Numbered from the stretch's first letter, positions 26,992-38,361 are shown. The stretch: DNA of 64,000 nucleotides from an uncultured Verrucomicrobiae bacterium (GCA_963706955.1 CAVPOC010000008.1:288001-352000); one strand, 5' to 3'. Notes: a model not told the origin generated them from the sequence alone. Made by a program: numbers and translations.

Positions 26992-29831
26992 CCCTCTGCA
27001 GATGGGGCTTGCTCGTGCGGCGATTTACCTCTAAGCAACTCCAGCCGGCGGCGCGCCTTTGAAGTTTCCTCAAACCCGGCGAGATCTTCTCGCTCGGCGA
27101 GTTCCTGGTAGGTTCTGTAGGCGCTTAGTTCATCATTGAGTTTCTCAAAAGCTTCGCCGCTGCGAAAGTATGCTTTCGCTACCCATTCGCGCCATCGTCC
27201 ATACATCACGTAGAGGCGCTGAAAGTAAGGAATAGCGAGCTCAGGTCGCGAATCGCGCATGTGCGCTTCGCCAATCAGATAGAGCGCCTCTGCCTTCTCC
27301 TTTCCCTTGGAGTATTCGCTTGCGAGAAGCCTTTCGAGAACCTCTCGGCTCTCTGCACCTCGCCCGCTCGCCTGAAGAATTTGCGCGCGAGAGAGCATCA
27401 CTTCACCGAGCAGTCGTGAACCGACGACTTCACGCTCGAAACGCTCGAATAGCTGCAATGCAGCGTCCGAGTTTCCGCGCTTGATCTCGGCCTTTCCGAT
27501 CGCCGCCAGCGCCCGGTCTTTCTGCGCCGCTCGCGGATTCCATTTGATGAGATCGCGATAGAGCTTTTCCGCCTCGTCCTCTCTCCCCACCGCTAGGAGA
27601 GCATCGGCGCAATCAGCAAGGATCACAGGATTGTCCGCTTGCACGTTGAGTCGTTTGGCGACTTCGAGGAGAGCGGATTGCGCCTGTGCTGGGTCGCGTT
27701 TCCGCAACGCGACCGCCTCGGCCCAAGCGGCCCGTATCGCAAGCGTCTTCCTTCCGGCTTGCTCAGCATCGAGCCGCAGATTGCGAAGTCGCGTGCCAAG
27801 TCTGGCTTGTTCATCATCGCCTTGGTAGAGCTTTGCAATCGCGGGAAAGAGGTCTTCCACCGAATGGATGGTAGCGTCATTGCCATATTCGCTAATTGCG
27901 CTCCAATAGACGTCGCGAGCTCGCTCCGGAGAACCTTGCTGGCGATACACCCATCCAATCCAGTAGAGAGCCTCGGCGACACGTGGATTTCGCGGATTCT
28001 CTGCCGTGAACTGAGCCATATGGCTGAGAAGCTTTTCGTGCTGTTCTGTAAGCTTGAATGCCTTGCCGATCTTGAAGACTCCCTCAGTATGCAGCTGGTC
28101 GTTTTTCTTGGAAATACTGCGGAAGACAATGACGGCCTCCTCAATCCGCGCTTGAGTCATCATTGCGTCGCCGAGCAATAGGCGCGCTTCATCGCATTCC
28201 GCTGCCGTCGAGTGCTCGCGCAGAAAGGATTCAAGCTCGCGGATACTCGTTCCGTAATCTTTCGTTTGCTGGGCGCTATAGGCTTTTCTAAAGGTCGCGC
28301 TCGCGTCGTAACGGCCGCTCTTGAAAGTGCTAAGATATAAGTCCATTACCTCGCGGGCGCGCGCAAATTCTCGCTGCAGCGACAAACCGATTCCACGCCA
28401 ATAGAGAGCATCTTCCCTAAGATCATGCTCCGGATATTGCTCCTCAAATCGCTCGAACTGCGCGATGGCTTGTCGGTAATCCTCAGCCTGCAACAGCGAA
28501 AAGGCCGCCATGAAACGAGCACGTGGAGCGTACTCCGAAGTAGCGTAGTCGTTGCCAAGTGCTTCAAAGATTTTCGTGGCTTCACGATATTGGCTGTTTC
28601 TTTGTTCGGCCATCCCTTGCAAATAACGGATCAGGGGGATCTGGCCAGACTTGGAGAACTTTCTGGTGAAAGTATTTGCGGCCTCAGTGACTTTGGTCCA
28701 AGCCTCGATCTCGAACCAAGATTGCACTAGATTCGCGGCGGCCGACTCCACGATTCGGTCAGGCGGCAACTCCTCGATCATTCGCTTCCAGGATGAGGGC
28801 CGCTTCACGATAACGCCGCATCGCTTGATAGGCCGCAGCGAGACGCAGGCGAACCGCCGCGTCGAAGTTCTCGATCTTACGCAAGTTCTCAATCTCGCGA
28901 TTCAGCTTGGAGATCAATTGCTCAAAGAGTATCCGGGCATAAGGATCACCCCGTGGACCTGTTTCCGCGGCCTGAAGTTTGGATTGGAGATCCTTCAGAC
29001 GAGCCTGCTGATGATCAAGCAGGCGGTTAGAGCTCCAGATGACGCTGTAGGCAAATGATCGCGTCTCGAGGTCGATTTCGTTCCAGGTAGCGTGAGCCAA
29101 GCTCAAACGTTAGGGTTTGAAAGGTCACTAACTGGAGGAGCTCTCCCATACGCGGAAACTCTTCTTTGACGACTTTGAGTGCCTCATCATCCTTCCCGGC
29201 TTCGAGTAAAGCATGAAGCTGCAGGGTTGTTGCGCGTCCACGGCTGGTCGAAGCAAGTTTTGTTTTGATCTGCGCGTAGTAGTCGGCCGCCTCGCCCGGT
29301 CTTCCCTCCTGGAGGAGACAGGTCCCGACAAGCAGCCGCGCCTCGGGTATTCTTAGGATCGGAGGGAAATCGGCGAGCATAACCGGCGTTTCCCTCGAGT
29401 CCGGGAGGGAATTGGCTGAGGAAGTCTTCCAGCGTCTTCCGGGCCTGAGGGTCCTGTTGATTGATTTCGCAGACCCCTTTCCAAAAGAGTAATTCCTGCG
29501 CCTGCGCGCGATCGAGATCCAGATTCTTTTCGAACGCATCTTTAATCGCCTGGTAGGCTTCCGTGAATCGCTGCAACCGCAGCAGGCACATCGCCAGCGG
29601 GTAGTACGTTTGCCTAATAGCTGTCTGCGCATCCGGCGAGGATCCGAAATCGTCTATAAACCTTCGATAGAGCTCGGCAGCCTCACTATATCTGGCGTTG
29701 GCATAGAGGGAAGCGGCATTGACCACGAACTCGTCGGCGGTAAGCTCGCCTTCGGTCTCCTCCGCGAGTGACCAGGTCGCGACAATGCCGAAAAGGACGG
29801 CAAAGCAGACTGGCACACGCAGGCATTGCAT
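26988..29831 (-). CDS. Large exported TPR protein (~950 aa), three frameshifts
   Basis: Four overlapping ORF segments (29187-29924, 29027-29632, 28759-29106, 26988-28892) each carry CpoB/BamD-like TPRs. Signal peptide from ATG 29831. Confidence 0.8.
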
Positions 29832-29898
29832 TGAAGAATGTGCGTCGGTGGTAGCATGCAACTTGGAGAGTGACAATCCTGACGTAGAATCAAGGAGA

Positions 29899-30903
29899 GT
29901 GATCACTTCTAATTCTGCCGACATTCAGCTCCTGGAGGAGCGCGTTGCGCGATTCATCCGGTTCGGGGAGGGCTCCTTCGAAGAACTCCTCCTTGCGGCG
30001 CATTCTTTCCAGCGAATCGCCTGCGCGTCCTATGGCGCGTATTGCTCGAATTTCGCGATACCCACCAGCTGGTATGACATTCCGGCGATCCCTCTTGCCG
30101 CATTTCGTCAGGCGCCTATCCGCTCGTTTGCCCCGACACAAACGCTTCGCTCGTTTCGCACGAGCGGGACCACCGGAGAAGGCTACGGCGAGCACTACTT
30201 TCGAACACTCGAACTCTACCGATCAGCGGCGCTGACCGGATGGCAATATGCCGGCTTGCCCCAGGGCAATCTCTTCTGTCTAATGCCTTCTCCCGACCAA
30301 GCCCCCTACTCGTCGCTAAGCTGCATGGCGGGCTGGCTTGCTGCCCGCGAGCGCTTCTTCCAAGGAGAGTGGGACCGGCTTTTGGAGGCAGTGTCGGCGG
30401 AGCGAAAGCCGCTGGTCCTCTTCGGCACCGCGCTAGCCCTCCTGAATTTTTTCGAGTGGTTGGGAGACCGTCAGCTGGAACTTCCGAGCGGCAGTGTGGC
30501 CGTAGAAACCGGCGGGTACAAAGGAACAAACCGAAGCCTATCCAAATCAGAGCTTTATTCATCATTTCAGAGGCACCTCGGACTCGACGCCAATCAAATC
30601 TGGAACGAATACGGCATGACGGAACTCAGCTCACAATTCTATGCGCAAGGCTTGCGAAACCCGCATCGCGGCGCAGCATGGGTGCGCGCACGCGTGATCG
30701 ATCCGGAAACGGGCAACGAGTCCGCCGATGGCGAAACGGGAATATTACGAGTGTTTGATTTGGCAAACGTGGGTTCGTGCTGTGTCCTCCAAACCCGCGA
30801 CCTGGCCATCCGACGCGGCGCAGACTTCGAGCTTATTGGCCGCGATCCCGCGGCTCTGCCACGCGGTTGTTCCCGCACTGCTGATGAGATTCTCCGCCAA
30901 TGA
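29899..30903 (+). CDS. LuxE-like acyl-protein synthetase
   Basis: FRTSGTTG, VETGGYKG, NEYGMTELSSQFY, GRDPAALPRGCS. GTG start with AAGGAG RBS. Confidence 0.85.
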   Translation: MITSNSADIQLLEERVARFIRFGEGSFEELLLAAHSFQRIACASYGAYCSNFAIPTSWYDIPAIPLAAFRQAPIRSFAPTQTLRSFRTSGTTGEGYGEHYFRTLELYRSAALTGWQYAGLPQGNLFCLMPSPDQAPYSSLSCMAGWLAARERFFQGEWDRLLEAVSAERKPLVLFGTALALLNFFEWLGDRQLELPSGSVAVETGGYKGTNRSLSKSELYSSFQRHLGLDANQIWNEYGMTELSSQFYAQGLRNPHRGAAWVRARVIDPETGNESADGETGILRVFDLANVGSCCVLQTRDLAIRRGADFELIGRDPAALPRGCSRTADEILRQ

Positions 30904-31974
30904 AGACGGTCGAGCGTGCGGCCATCCTGGCAAGCGCAGCGGAATCTTTCCCTCTCTTAGGGTCGGTCACGACAGATCAACTCATCGATCTGGTTCAATT
31001 GGAACTTGGACACCCTGAGATTCTCGATGGATTCCGTCCATACGCAGGGGGGTTTAGCCGCGCGGTTCCCAACGATCCGCTTCTTCATGTGATTAGTGGT
31101 AATACGCCTCACGCGGGTCTGCAAAGCCTGATCCGGGGACTGCTTCTCGGCGCGCACAACCTTGTCAAGCTGCCTTCAGGAGGCCTCCGTGAGATCGAGG
31201 ATTTCATCGAGTTGTTACCCGCTTCGCTAACAGGCAAAGTGGAGACAACGGTTGACTTGCCGGACCAATGGCTGTCGGAATCCCATACTTGTATCGTCTT
31301 CGGATCCGACGCGACGATCGCACATTTTCGGCAAAGATTGCCCGCGGAGACGTCATTCGAAGCGCACCCCCATCGGATAAGCCTGGGCATCGTCTTCGAG
31401 GATCTGAACGATTCGACGTTCCTGGCCGCCGCGGACGTCGCCCGCTTTAATCAGAAGGGGTGCCTTTCTCCACATGACATTTATGTCGCCGGTGATGCAA
31501 AAAACTATGCCGCTCGACTAGCGGATGCCTTAGCTCAATTTGAAGGGCAAGACCCGCGGGGAGAGATCACCGCACTGGAAGCCGCCGAAATCGCCGATAT
31601 TCGGGCAAACTATAGATTCCGCTCTGCAAACGACCCGCGCGTTGCGCTCTGGGAGAGCGAGCATTCAACCGCCTGGACGGTTATTTATGAGGAGGATACC
31701 TGGTTCGCGAGTTCTTGCCTGAATCGACTCGCCTTCGTGAAGCCATTGCCCGGCGACCTGGCCGGAGCCCTCGGTCCGGCATTGCCGTGGTTGGCAGCAA
31801 TCGGCATTTGGCCGGCGACCCCAGAGAATGCCGAGCGCGCTGCACGGCTGCAACCTTCGCGGATCTGTCCGCTCGGGGCAGATGCAAAATCCCCCCTTTT
31901 CGTGGCATCAGGAAGGTCGCCAAACTTTGGCTCCGCTCGTCCGATGGGTTGATTTTGAACCGAATCTGCGATAA
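30900..31974 (+). CDS. LuxC-like acyl-CoA reductase, frameshift near 31877
   Basis: LHVISGNTP, VFGSDATI, FNQKGCLSPH (catalytic Cys). Removing one G from GGGG at 31875-31878 restores LGQMQNPPFSWHQEGR...WVDFE with stop at 31974. Confidence 0.82.
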
Positions 31975-31989
31975 TAGCCGCTTTCTCCC

Positions 31990-32232
31990 GTGGCAAAAGA
32001 AGAGTCGATTCTTACCGAGGGCGTCGTCGTGGACGTCTTGCCGGGAACTATGTTCCGGCTGAAATTGTCGAACGGCCATATCGTGCTTGGACATATCTCT
32101 GGGAAGATGCGCAAGAATTTTATCCGAATAGTCCCTGGAGACCGAGTCAGCGTGGAGATCTCGCCTTACGACCTCAGCAAAGCCCGGATTATCTTTCGGG
32201 AACCGGAAGCCCCCTCGTCAGGCAAGTCTTGA
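31990..32232 (+). CDS. infA: Translation initiation factor IF-1
   Basis: MAKEESI...[37 protein letters not shown]. Confidence 0.97.
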   Translation: MAKEESILTEGVVVDVLPGTMFRLKLSNGHIVLGHISGKMRKNFIRIVPGDRVSVEISPYDLSKARIIFREPEAPSSGKS

Positions 32233-32245
32233 GGATCCCAAGGAT

Positions 32246-34180
32246 ATGAGTCGAATTTCCGCGAACACGCTGGCCGTCCTTTTTTGCGAAGCGGCAGAAC
32301 GTTTCAAGGAATTGCCGGCCTTCGCCACGAAAGACTCTTCGGGAGTCTACCAGCCGACTTCGTTCAGGCAGCTCTACGAAGACGGGCTCGCACTTGCGAC
32401 CTCGCTCATCGACTTGGGGCTGAGACCGCGAGAGCAGGTAGGCCTGATTTCCGATAACCGACTCGAATGGATCTTATGCGATTACGCTGTCATCCTTTCC
32501 GGTTGTGCCGACGTTCCGAGAGGAACAGACATCACGGCGGCGGAAATGACCCACATCTTGACGCATTCCGACGCGCGTTTTGTCTTTGTCGAAAACGCAG
32601 GTACGCTTGAGAAACTTGATCGCGTCCGAGGTTCAATCCGCGGTGTGGAAAAAGTGATCCTCATGGACGCAAATGCCCGGGCGCCGGCCACTGTTCTCCG
32701 GCTCCAGGATCTGCTTGCTACCGGAAAGAAGTTGCGCGAGGCCGGCGATCGCCGCGCGGAGGAACGAATCGAGCAGACTCGTTCCGAGGACCTGTTTACC
32801 ATCATCTACACCTCAGGCACGACCGGCACCCCCAAAGGAGTTCAGCTTACGCACGCCAACATGACGTCGCAGGTGCGAAACCTGCCCTTCGAGCTGTCGC
32901 CGAGCGATCGGGCCCTGACCATTCTTCCGGTCTGGCATAGCTATGAGCGCGTCTTCGAGATGGTGGCAATCTCGATGGGAGTCTGCACCTACTACACCCA
33001 CCTCCGCACCATCGGCGAAGACTTGAAAACCGTCCAGCCCACCGTGATGGCTTCAGCGCCGAGACTTTGGGAGAATCTCTACCAGAAGTTAATGGATCGT
33101 ATCGATCAAGCCCCGCCGATCCGCCAAAAGCTCTTTCATGCAGCGCGGTTTTGCACGTGCCACGTAAAACGTGCCGAACGCTTCTTCTTAGGCCAGGAAC
33201 TCGATCTGCAGGGACGTCAGCCGATCGAGAGACTCGCGCGCGGCGTCGGCCATCTGACCCGCTGGGTAACACTCCACCTTCCGTACCGCGTGCTTGACAA
33301 ACTCGTCCTGGCCAAGCTTCGCGCGGCCGTTGGCTGCAGCGCATTTCGCGGCACCATCTCCGGTGGAGGCGCCTTGCAACCTCACGTGGATGAGTTTTTC
33401 AATTTCATAGGAATCCCTGTGCTCGAGGGCTACGGACTGACCGAGTCATCACCGGTGCTGGCTGTGCGCACTTGGACGAACCTCGTCATCGGAACTGTCG
33501 GTCCCTTCTATCCGGAAACAGAAATCCGAATCGTGGATCTTGAGAGCGGGCGAGTCCTGTATCCCGACCGCTCGCGGGCTGATCGAGGTCGTGGGCGTGC
33601 AGGTGAAATTCATGCCCGCGGACCTCAGATCATGCTGGGATACTACAAGGATCCCGAGGGCACCGCCCGTGTGCTTCACGATGGCTGGCTGAGGACCGGC
33701 GACATTGGAATGGTGACCTTCAACGACTGCTTGAAGATCGTTGGACGTTGCAAGGACACCATCGTGTTGCTCAATGGCGAAAACGTCGAACCGCTTCCAA
33801 TCGAATCCAAGCTGACCCATTCCTCATTGATCGATCACTGCATGCTGGTGGGCCAGGATCAGAAACATCTCGGCGCGTTGATTGTGCCCGCCCTCGACGG
33901 CTTTCGAAGCGAAGGCTTGCTCGCCGCGAATCTTCTTGAGCTCGCCGCCAGTCCCAAAGCTCGAAGTATCATGGAAAGTGAGATCCGCAGGCTCATCAGC
34001 CTGGAAGCAGGTTTCAAGAGCCACGAACGCATCGCCGACTTTCGTTTCGTCACCAAACCGTTTGAAGCCGGTCAGGAAATGACAGCTACTTACAAGCTGA
34101 AACGTCACGTTATCGCCAAGCAGTATGCTTCTCTAATCGACGAGATGTTTCCCAAGCAGCACGCCATGCGCTCGTCTTAG
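32246..34180 (+). CDS. Long-chain fatty acid-CoA/ACP ligase (AMP-binding)
   Basis: IIYTSGTTGTPKGV, EGYGLTESSP, GWLRTGDIG, NGENVEP. Confidence 0.9.
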   Translation: MSRISANTLAVLFCEAAERFKELPAFATKDSSGVYQPTSFRQLYEDGLALATSLIDLGLRPREQVGLISDNRLEWILCDYAVILSGCADVPRGTDITAAEMTHILTHSDARFVFVENAGTLEKLDRVRGSIRGVEKVILMDANARAPATVLRLQDLLATGKKLREAGDRRAEERIEQTRSEDLFTIIYTSGTTGTPKGVQLTHANMTSQVRNLPFELSPSDRALTILPVWHSYERVFEMVAISMGVCTYYTHLRTIGEDLKTVQPTVMASAPRLWENLYQKLMDRIDQAPPIRQKLFHAARFCTCHVKRAERFFLGQELDLQGRQPIERLARGVGHLTRWVTLHLPYRVLDKLVLAKLRAAVGCSAFRGTISGGGALQPHVDEFFNFIGIPVLEGYGLTESSPVLAVRTWTNLVIGTVGPFYPETEIRIVDLESGRVLYPDRSRADRGRGRAGEIHARGPQIMLGYYKDPEGTARVLHDGWLRTGDIGMVTFNDCLKIVGRCKDTIVLLNGENVEPLPIESKLTHSSLIDHCMLVGQDQKHLGALIVPALDGFRSEGLLAANLLELAASPKARSIMESEIRRLISLEAGFKSHERIADFRFVTKPFEAGQEMTATYKLKRHVIAKQYASLIDEMFPKQHAMRSS

Positions 34181-34274
34181 AACGATCCCCACGGAGCATT
34201 CCGAAAAAAAATCGAATCCTTACTCGCTCGGAGCCGACGCAATACGAAGTCGCCGAGCAAGCCCAAGCGCGACA

Positions 34275-35246
34275 TCAACGCTCGGCGGTCGAGCGGCGTA
34301 GCGTATGGATGGTCACCTCTGAAGGACAATTGAAGCGCGCTGGAACACCACTCGCACCAGTTCCGCGCGATGTGTATCCGAGCAGCGACCCATGTTGCCA
34401 GGGACCGGCCAAGAACCGTCGCGGAACCGGCGCATTTCCAATGATTGCGAAGCCGCCGGGAAGGCAAAGCTGTCCACCATGCGTATGCCCGCTGAGCATG
34501 AACGCGAAACCAAGCTTCTCCGCTTCGACATAAGTCTCCGGGCTATGGCTTAGCAATATCGCGGTCTCGTCCGGCGAGACTCGCTGGCGGGCTTTTCGCA
34601 AATCGTGCGTGTGGAAGAAGTGCGGATCATCGACGCCGCAAATCCAAAGGCGGGCGCCGTCCCGCTCAATGGGCTCGGCCTCGTTGAGGAGCACGGTCAA
34701 TCCGATAGCCTCCAGGAAGGCCACTTTCTCGATGAAGTCGTGATTGCCTAAGATGGCGAAACGCGGATCGCGAACGTGAAGCGCAAGGCGCGCCATTAGC
34801 TCCAGGGACTTGTCGTGCTTTTGGGCAATCTTGTTATGATAGTCGCCGGTCAAGAGCGCGACGTCGTAGGCGAGCCCATCAATCTTTTTGATGATGATAT
34901 CCACCAGGGCGGGGTCCAAATCGAGGTGGAGATCCGCCAATTGCATGAGTCGAAAGCCGTCAAACTGGGGAGGCAACTGCGGCAAGATCACATCGTTTTG
35001 CACCACTTGGACATCGAGGAAGTTCCGCTTGCCGACCTGGTCGAGGCCAGCGAGCTCGAGCGAATGCCAGACGAGCGCGTCCATCGGAATGATTCCCTCA
35101 AACATAAAGAAACCCTTGCCCTGGTGAACTTCGCGAGCCCAGAGGCTGGCTTGCTTGCGAATTCTTCTCTCGAGGGTCTTCCTGCCCATGCGCTCCGCCA
35201 GCTTCCGATAGTCGGTATGCCCCGCCGCCTCTGAAGGATCCATCAT
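34275..35246 (-). CDS. Metallophosphoesterase (YkuE-like)
   Basis: DLH, TGD, GNHD, SHSP, GHTHGGQ motifs. Confidence 0.9.
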   Translation of the reverse strand: MMDPSEAAGHTDYRKLAERMGRKTLERRIRKQASLWAREVHQGKGFFMFEGIIPMDALVWHSLELAGLDQVGKRNFLDVQVVQNDVILPQLPPQFDGFRLMQLADLHLDLDPALVDIIIKKIDGLAYDVALLTGDYHNKIAQKHDKSLELMARLALHVRDPRFAILGNHDFIEKVAFLEAIGLTVLLNEAEPIERDGARLWICGVDDPHFFHTHDLRKARQRVSPDETAILLSHSPETYVEAEKLGFAFMLSGHTHGGQLCLPGGFAIIGNAPVPRRFLAGPWQHGSLLGYTSRGTGASGVPARFNCPSEVTIHTLRRSTAER

Positions 35247-35334
35247 TACTTTCTGATAGCAGGAGCGAAATTCCTGCCGCTCACAAGCCGAAAAAAGTTG
35301 TTTTTCAAGCTGGCTCTTCGAAATCTCTTTTGCA

Positions 35335-36141
35335 ATGCGGCGCTTCCTCCTGACAACGTGTCTTCTTCTCTTTGCTTACGACTCGCCAGCGGAAACTCCG
35401 ACACCAACTCCGCTGTCGACACCGACGGTATCCACAACAGCGGATCCCTCGCCAAACCCGGTTTCGATTGTGCCAACGCCCTCCCCGGCCGCGAGCCCAC
35501 CGCCACTGGAAACACCACAAGCCACACCGAGTGCTGTCGGCGAAGGGAAGATATCTTATGAGGGGACTTGGACGGTCACGGATGCACGAGGGCCGGTTTT
35601 CGATGTTATTGTTTTCAAGAACGGACAAGCGGTTACCAACTGGATAAAAGGCCCCGCCGGAGCTCGCGGGGAGCGCGGCTACTGGCGCTCCGATCAACAA
35701 CGCCTGACGATCGTCTATACGAACGGCTTTACGGATATCATCCAACCCGCCGAGGGCAAATTCTCCTACTGGCGATATGAGGCCGGCGCAGCGCTGGACG
35801 CAACGCCGATTGTCCACGCAGAGGCCAGACGTTTGGAGAATAGTCAACTTGCACTCATTGGGGTGTGGCGTCTGAATCAGGAACCAGACGGCTCGCATCT
35901 CTACATCGCTCTTCAATCAAACGGCAGCGCCTTTTCCACCATCAACGGGACCACGAGCGGAAAATGGAAGCCGAACGAAAGCGGCGCACTCTGCGAATGG
36001 CCCGACGGCTGGATCGATCAAATTGAACGTGGCACCGGTGGGTGGCAAAAACGTTCCTGGATCGGTTCAGCCACCGGCGCCCCTGCCGATCTCTCGCCGG
36101 CTACTCGCGTAGGCGAGACGCGCTTCTCGATCGAACCTTAG
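35335..36141 (+). CDS. Exported hypothetical protein with Pro/Thr linker and two GxW beta-repeat domains
   Basis: Signal peptide and PTP-rich stretch. YEGTW...GYW...YTNGFTDII resembles LIGVW...GKW...WPDGWIDQI. Confidence 0.6.
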   Translation: MRRFLLTTCLLLFAYDSPAETPTPTPLSTPTVSTTADPSPNPVSIVPTPSPAASPPPLETPQATPSAVGEGKISYEGTWTVTDARGPVFDVIVFKNGQAVTNWIKGPAGARGERGYWRSDQQRLTIVYTNGFTDIIQPAEGKFSYWRYEAGAALDATPIVHAEARRLENSQLALIGVWRLNQEPDGSHLYIALQSNGSAFSTINGTTSGKWKPNESGALCEWPDGWIDQIERGTGGWQKRSWIGSATGAPADLSPATRVGETRFSIEP

Positions 36142-36168
36142 AACAGCGGAGATCGCACCGGGTGGGGT

Positions 36169-36648
36169 CTACTTGGCGGGCGAACGTTGAAGTTCCAGCT
36201 TCGGGGCGGTCTCGTGATGCCAAGGATTCTCCGAAAAGCCGGAAGCTTCGATACGCGCTACGTGATCGCTGGCCAGCTTGATCACTTGGGAAACATCCAA
36301 CCCCATGTGGCTCGGCAAGTACGGCGAGAGATTTCGCGTCGCCAGGGCAAACAACCTCACCGCCGGGCGCATCCGCCGCCCGTCGGTCGGATGCCACGGG
36401 CGAGCAAACTGCTTCTTCAAATGGACGAAGGCCCCTGCAAACTGAATAAGTCCTTTGAAGAACGCATGGTTTTCATCCTCACGTTGCAACCAGAGGTGCT
36501 CGAGCACGTCATGGGCCTCGTAATACTCCTGAGCATTGAAGCAGATGAAGTACGCCAGATAGCATGGATCGAAAGCTTCTGCTTCGAGGCCGAAAGACTT
36601 TACATAAGCCTCGATACGCTCTGCCTTTTGCAGCGGTTGTGTTGCCAT
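36169..36648 (-). CDS. DUF309 family protein
   Basis: FNAQEYYEAHDVLEHLW...KGLIQFAGAFVH. Confidence 0.88.
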   Translation of the reverse strand: MATQPLQKAERIEAYVKSFGLEAEAFDPCYLAYFICFNAQEYYEAHDVLEHLWLQREDENHAFFKGLIQFAGAFVHLKKQFARPWHPTDGRRMRPAVRLFALATRNLSPYLPSHMGLDVSQVIKLASDHVARIEASGFSENPWHHETAPKLELQRSPAK

Positions 36649-36682
36649 CCTTCGACAGGATAAAGCCGCGGCGAGGCGCCTT

Positions 36683-37690
36683 CTACTGCTTTCCTTCGAG
36701 CTTTTTTACTCGTTCGTAAAGTTTGTCGATATTGTTCAAGAGCGCCAGGTTCCTCTTGTATTCTCGCATTGGCCTGGCTGGAACACCGACCAGAATTTCG
36801 CGCGGCGGCACGCTTTTTGTGATCGCACCCATGGCAGCGGCGATTGCGCCATCACCAATCTCGATATGGCCGTTGACGCCAACCTTTCCGGCAAGGGTCA
36901 CATTATTTCCGACCCGCGTGCTCCCCGAAATTCCAACCTGCGCGCAAATGACAGTGTGCCGACCGATGGTAACGTTGTGGGCAATCTGCACCAGATTATC
37001 GATCTTCACACCCTCCTGAATCCAAGTCCGTCCGAAACGGGCGCGATCCACGGTTGAATTGGCTCCGATCTCGACATCGTCGTCGATCTGCACAGTGCCA
37101 GTTTGAGGAATTTTCTGCTGCCGGCCGTCGCGAAATTCATAGCCGAACCCGTCAGATCCAATGATCACGCCCGGATGAAGAACAACCCGATTGCCGATGA
37201 GGGAACGCTCGCGAATGGTGACGTGCGAATACAAGCGGCACTCCTCGCCAAGCACTGCGTGATGTCCGATGTAGCCATGGGCGCCAACGATAGTCCGGGC
37301 TCCAATGCGCACACCGCTTTCGATAACGGCGAACGCTTCAATGGTCACTTCCGCGCCGATCTCAACATCAGCTGCCACGATCGCGCTCGGATGAATGCCC
37401 GGCGCAGGGCAGATCGGCGCAGGGGCAAATACCTCGAGCAATTTGGCGAAGGCCTCCCCCGGATTGTCGACCCAGACGCGCGTGGCGCGAACCTCTTCCG
37501 CAAAACCATGCGGGACCAGGACAGCCGTGGCGTGCGACTTCCTGAGCGCCTTGAGGTACTTCGGACTTCCATAGAAGGAGAGGTCCCCCTCATTAGCATC
37601 ATCGAGCGAAGCGACCCCGACGATCAGTGTCTCGTAATTTTCCGGAGCCACCCAGCCGCCAACACGCTCTGCGGCCTCGCGAAGCCTCAT
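36683..37690 (-). CDS. lpxD: UDP-3-O-(3-hydroxyacyl)glucosamine N-acyltransferase
   Basis: Hexapeptide repeats, IGSDGFGY, KIDNLVQIAHNV. Confidence 0.95.
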   Translation of the reverse strand: MRLREAAERVGGWVAPENYETLIVGVASLDDANEGDLSFYGSPKYLKALRKSHATAVLVPHGFAEEVRATRVWVDNPGEAFAKLLEVFAPAPICPAPGIHPSAIVAADVEIGAEVTIEAFAVIESGVRIGARTIVGAHGYIGHHAVLGEECRLYSHVTIRERSLIGNRVVLHPGVIIGSDGFGYEFRDGRQQKIPQTGTVQIDDDVEIGANSTVDRARFGRTWIQEGVKIDNLVQIAHNVTIGRHTVICAQVGISGSTRVGNNVTLAGKVGVNGHIEIGDGAIAAAMGAITKSVPPREILVGVPARPMREYKRNLALLNNIDKLYERVKKLEGKQ

Positions 37691-37694
37691 GACT

Positions 37695-38291
37695 TCAATT
37701 TGCCGCCGAGGATGGCTTAGGGGCGTTCTTATTCAAGATCGAGATGATTTCGTTGCTGAAATCGAGGTCAGCACGCGAATAAAGCACTAGCGGAACTTGC
37801 CCCATGCTGACACCGGTCTTGTCCAGCACCAAATCATATCCGGCCGTCTTAACTTTTTCGTTCACGACCTTCATGATGTCGTCGACGATATCCTTGCGCA
37901 TGCGCATGAACTGCTCCTGAAGCTGACGCTCCCGAGTCTGGCGGAACTCTGCAATTTCGCGGTCCAGATTGCGTGCCTCTTGGACCTTCTCGTCGCGTTG
38001 CTTCGACAATTTCTCCTTCCCATCCTTACTCAGCTCAGGCTTCTCGATCTCCTGATTTGTCTTATTGATCTCTTCCATGGCCTTTTTCAAGGTCTCGAGG
38101 CGTTCATCGAGTTCCTTCTTGGCTGCGGCCCGCGCATCGTTGATCTTTGCTTCAGCGTCCTTGGTTTTGAAATAGGCCGTGAACACCTGGTTCATATCAA
38201 CAGTGCCTAGCTTAAACTGGGCATTGGCGGCAGAGCTGACGGCGCAAAGCGCAGCCGTGCAGAGGAGGGTGGATACTATGGATTTACGCAT
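37695..38291 (-). CDS. skp: OmpH/Skp periplasmic chaperone
   Basis: Signal peptide, KLGTVDM, coiled coil, GYDLVLDK. Located between bamA and lpxD. Confidence 0.9.
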   Translation of the reverse strand: MRKSIVSTLLCTAALCAVSSAANAQFKLGTVDMNQVFTAYFKTKDAEAKINDARAAAKKELDERLETLKKAMEEINKTNQEIEKPELSKDGKEKLSKQRDEKVQEARNLDREIAEFRQTRERQLQEQFMRMRKDIVDDIMKVVNEKVKTAGYDLVLDKTGVSMGQVPLVLYSRADLDFSNEIISILNKNAPKPSSAAN

Positions 38292-38361
38292 TGTATGGAG
38301 TAAGCGAGAACCGGCAAAGTTCAAGTAGGATTCCAATTGGACCTATTTGAACCAGGACTGT

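Noticed and set aside
29899..31974. Bioluminescence operon
   Set aside because: No luxA, luxB, luxD or luxG in the window
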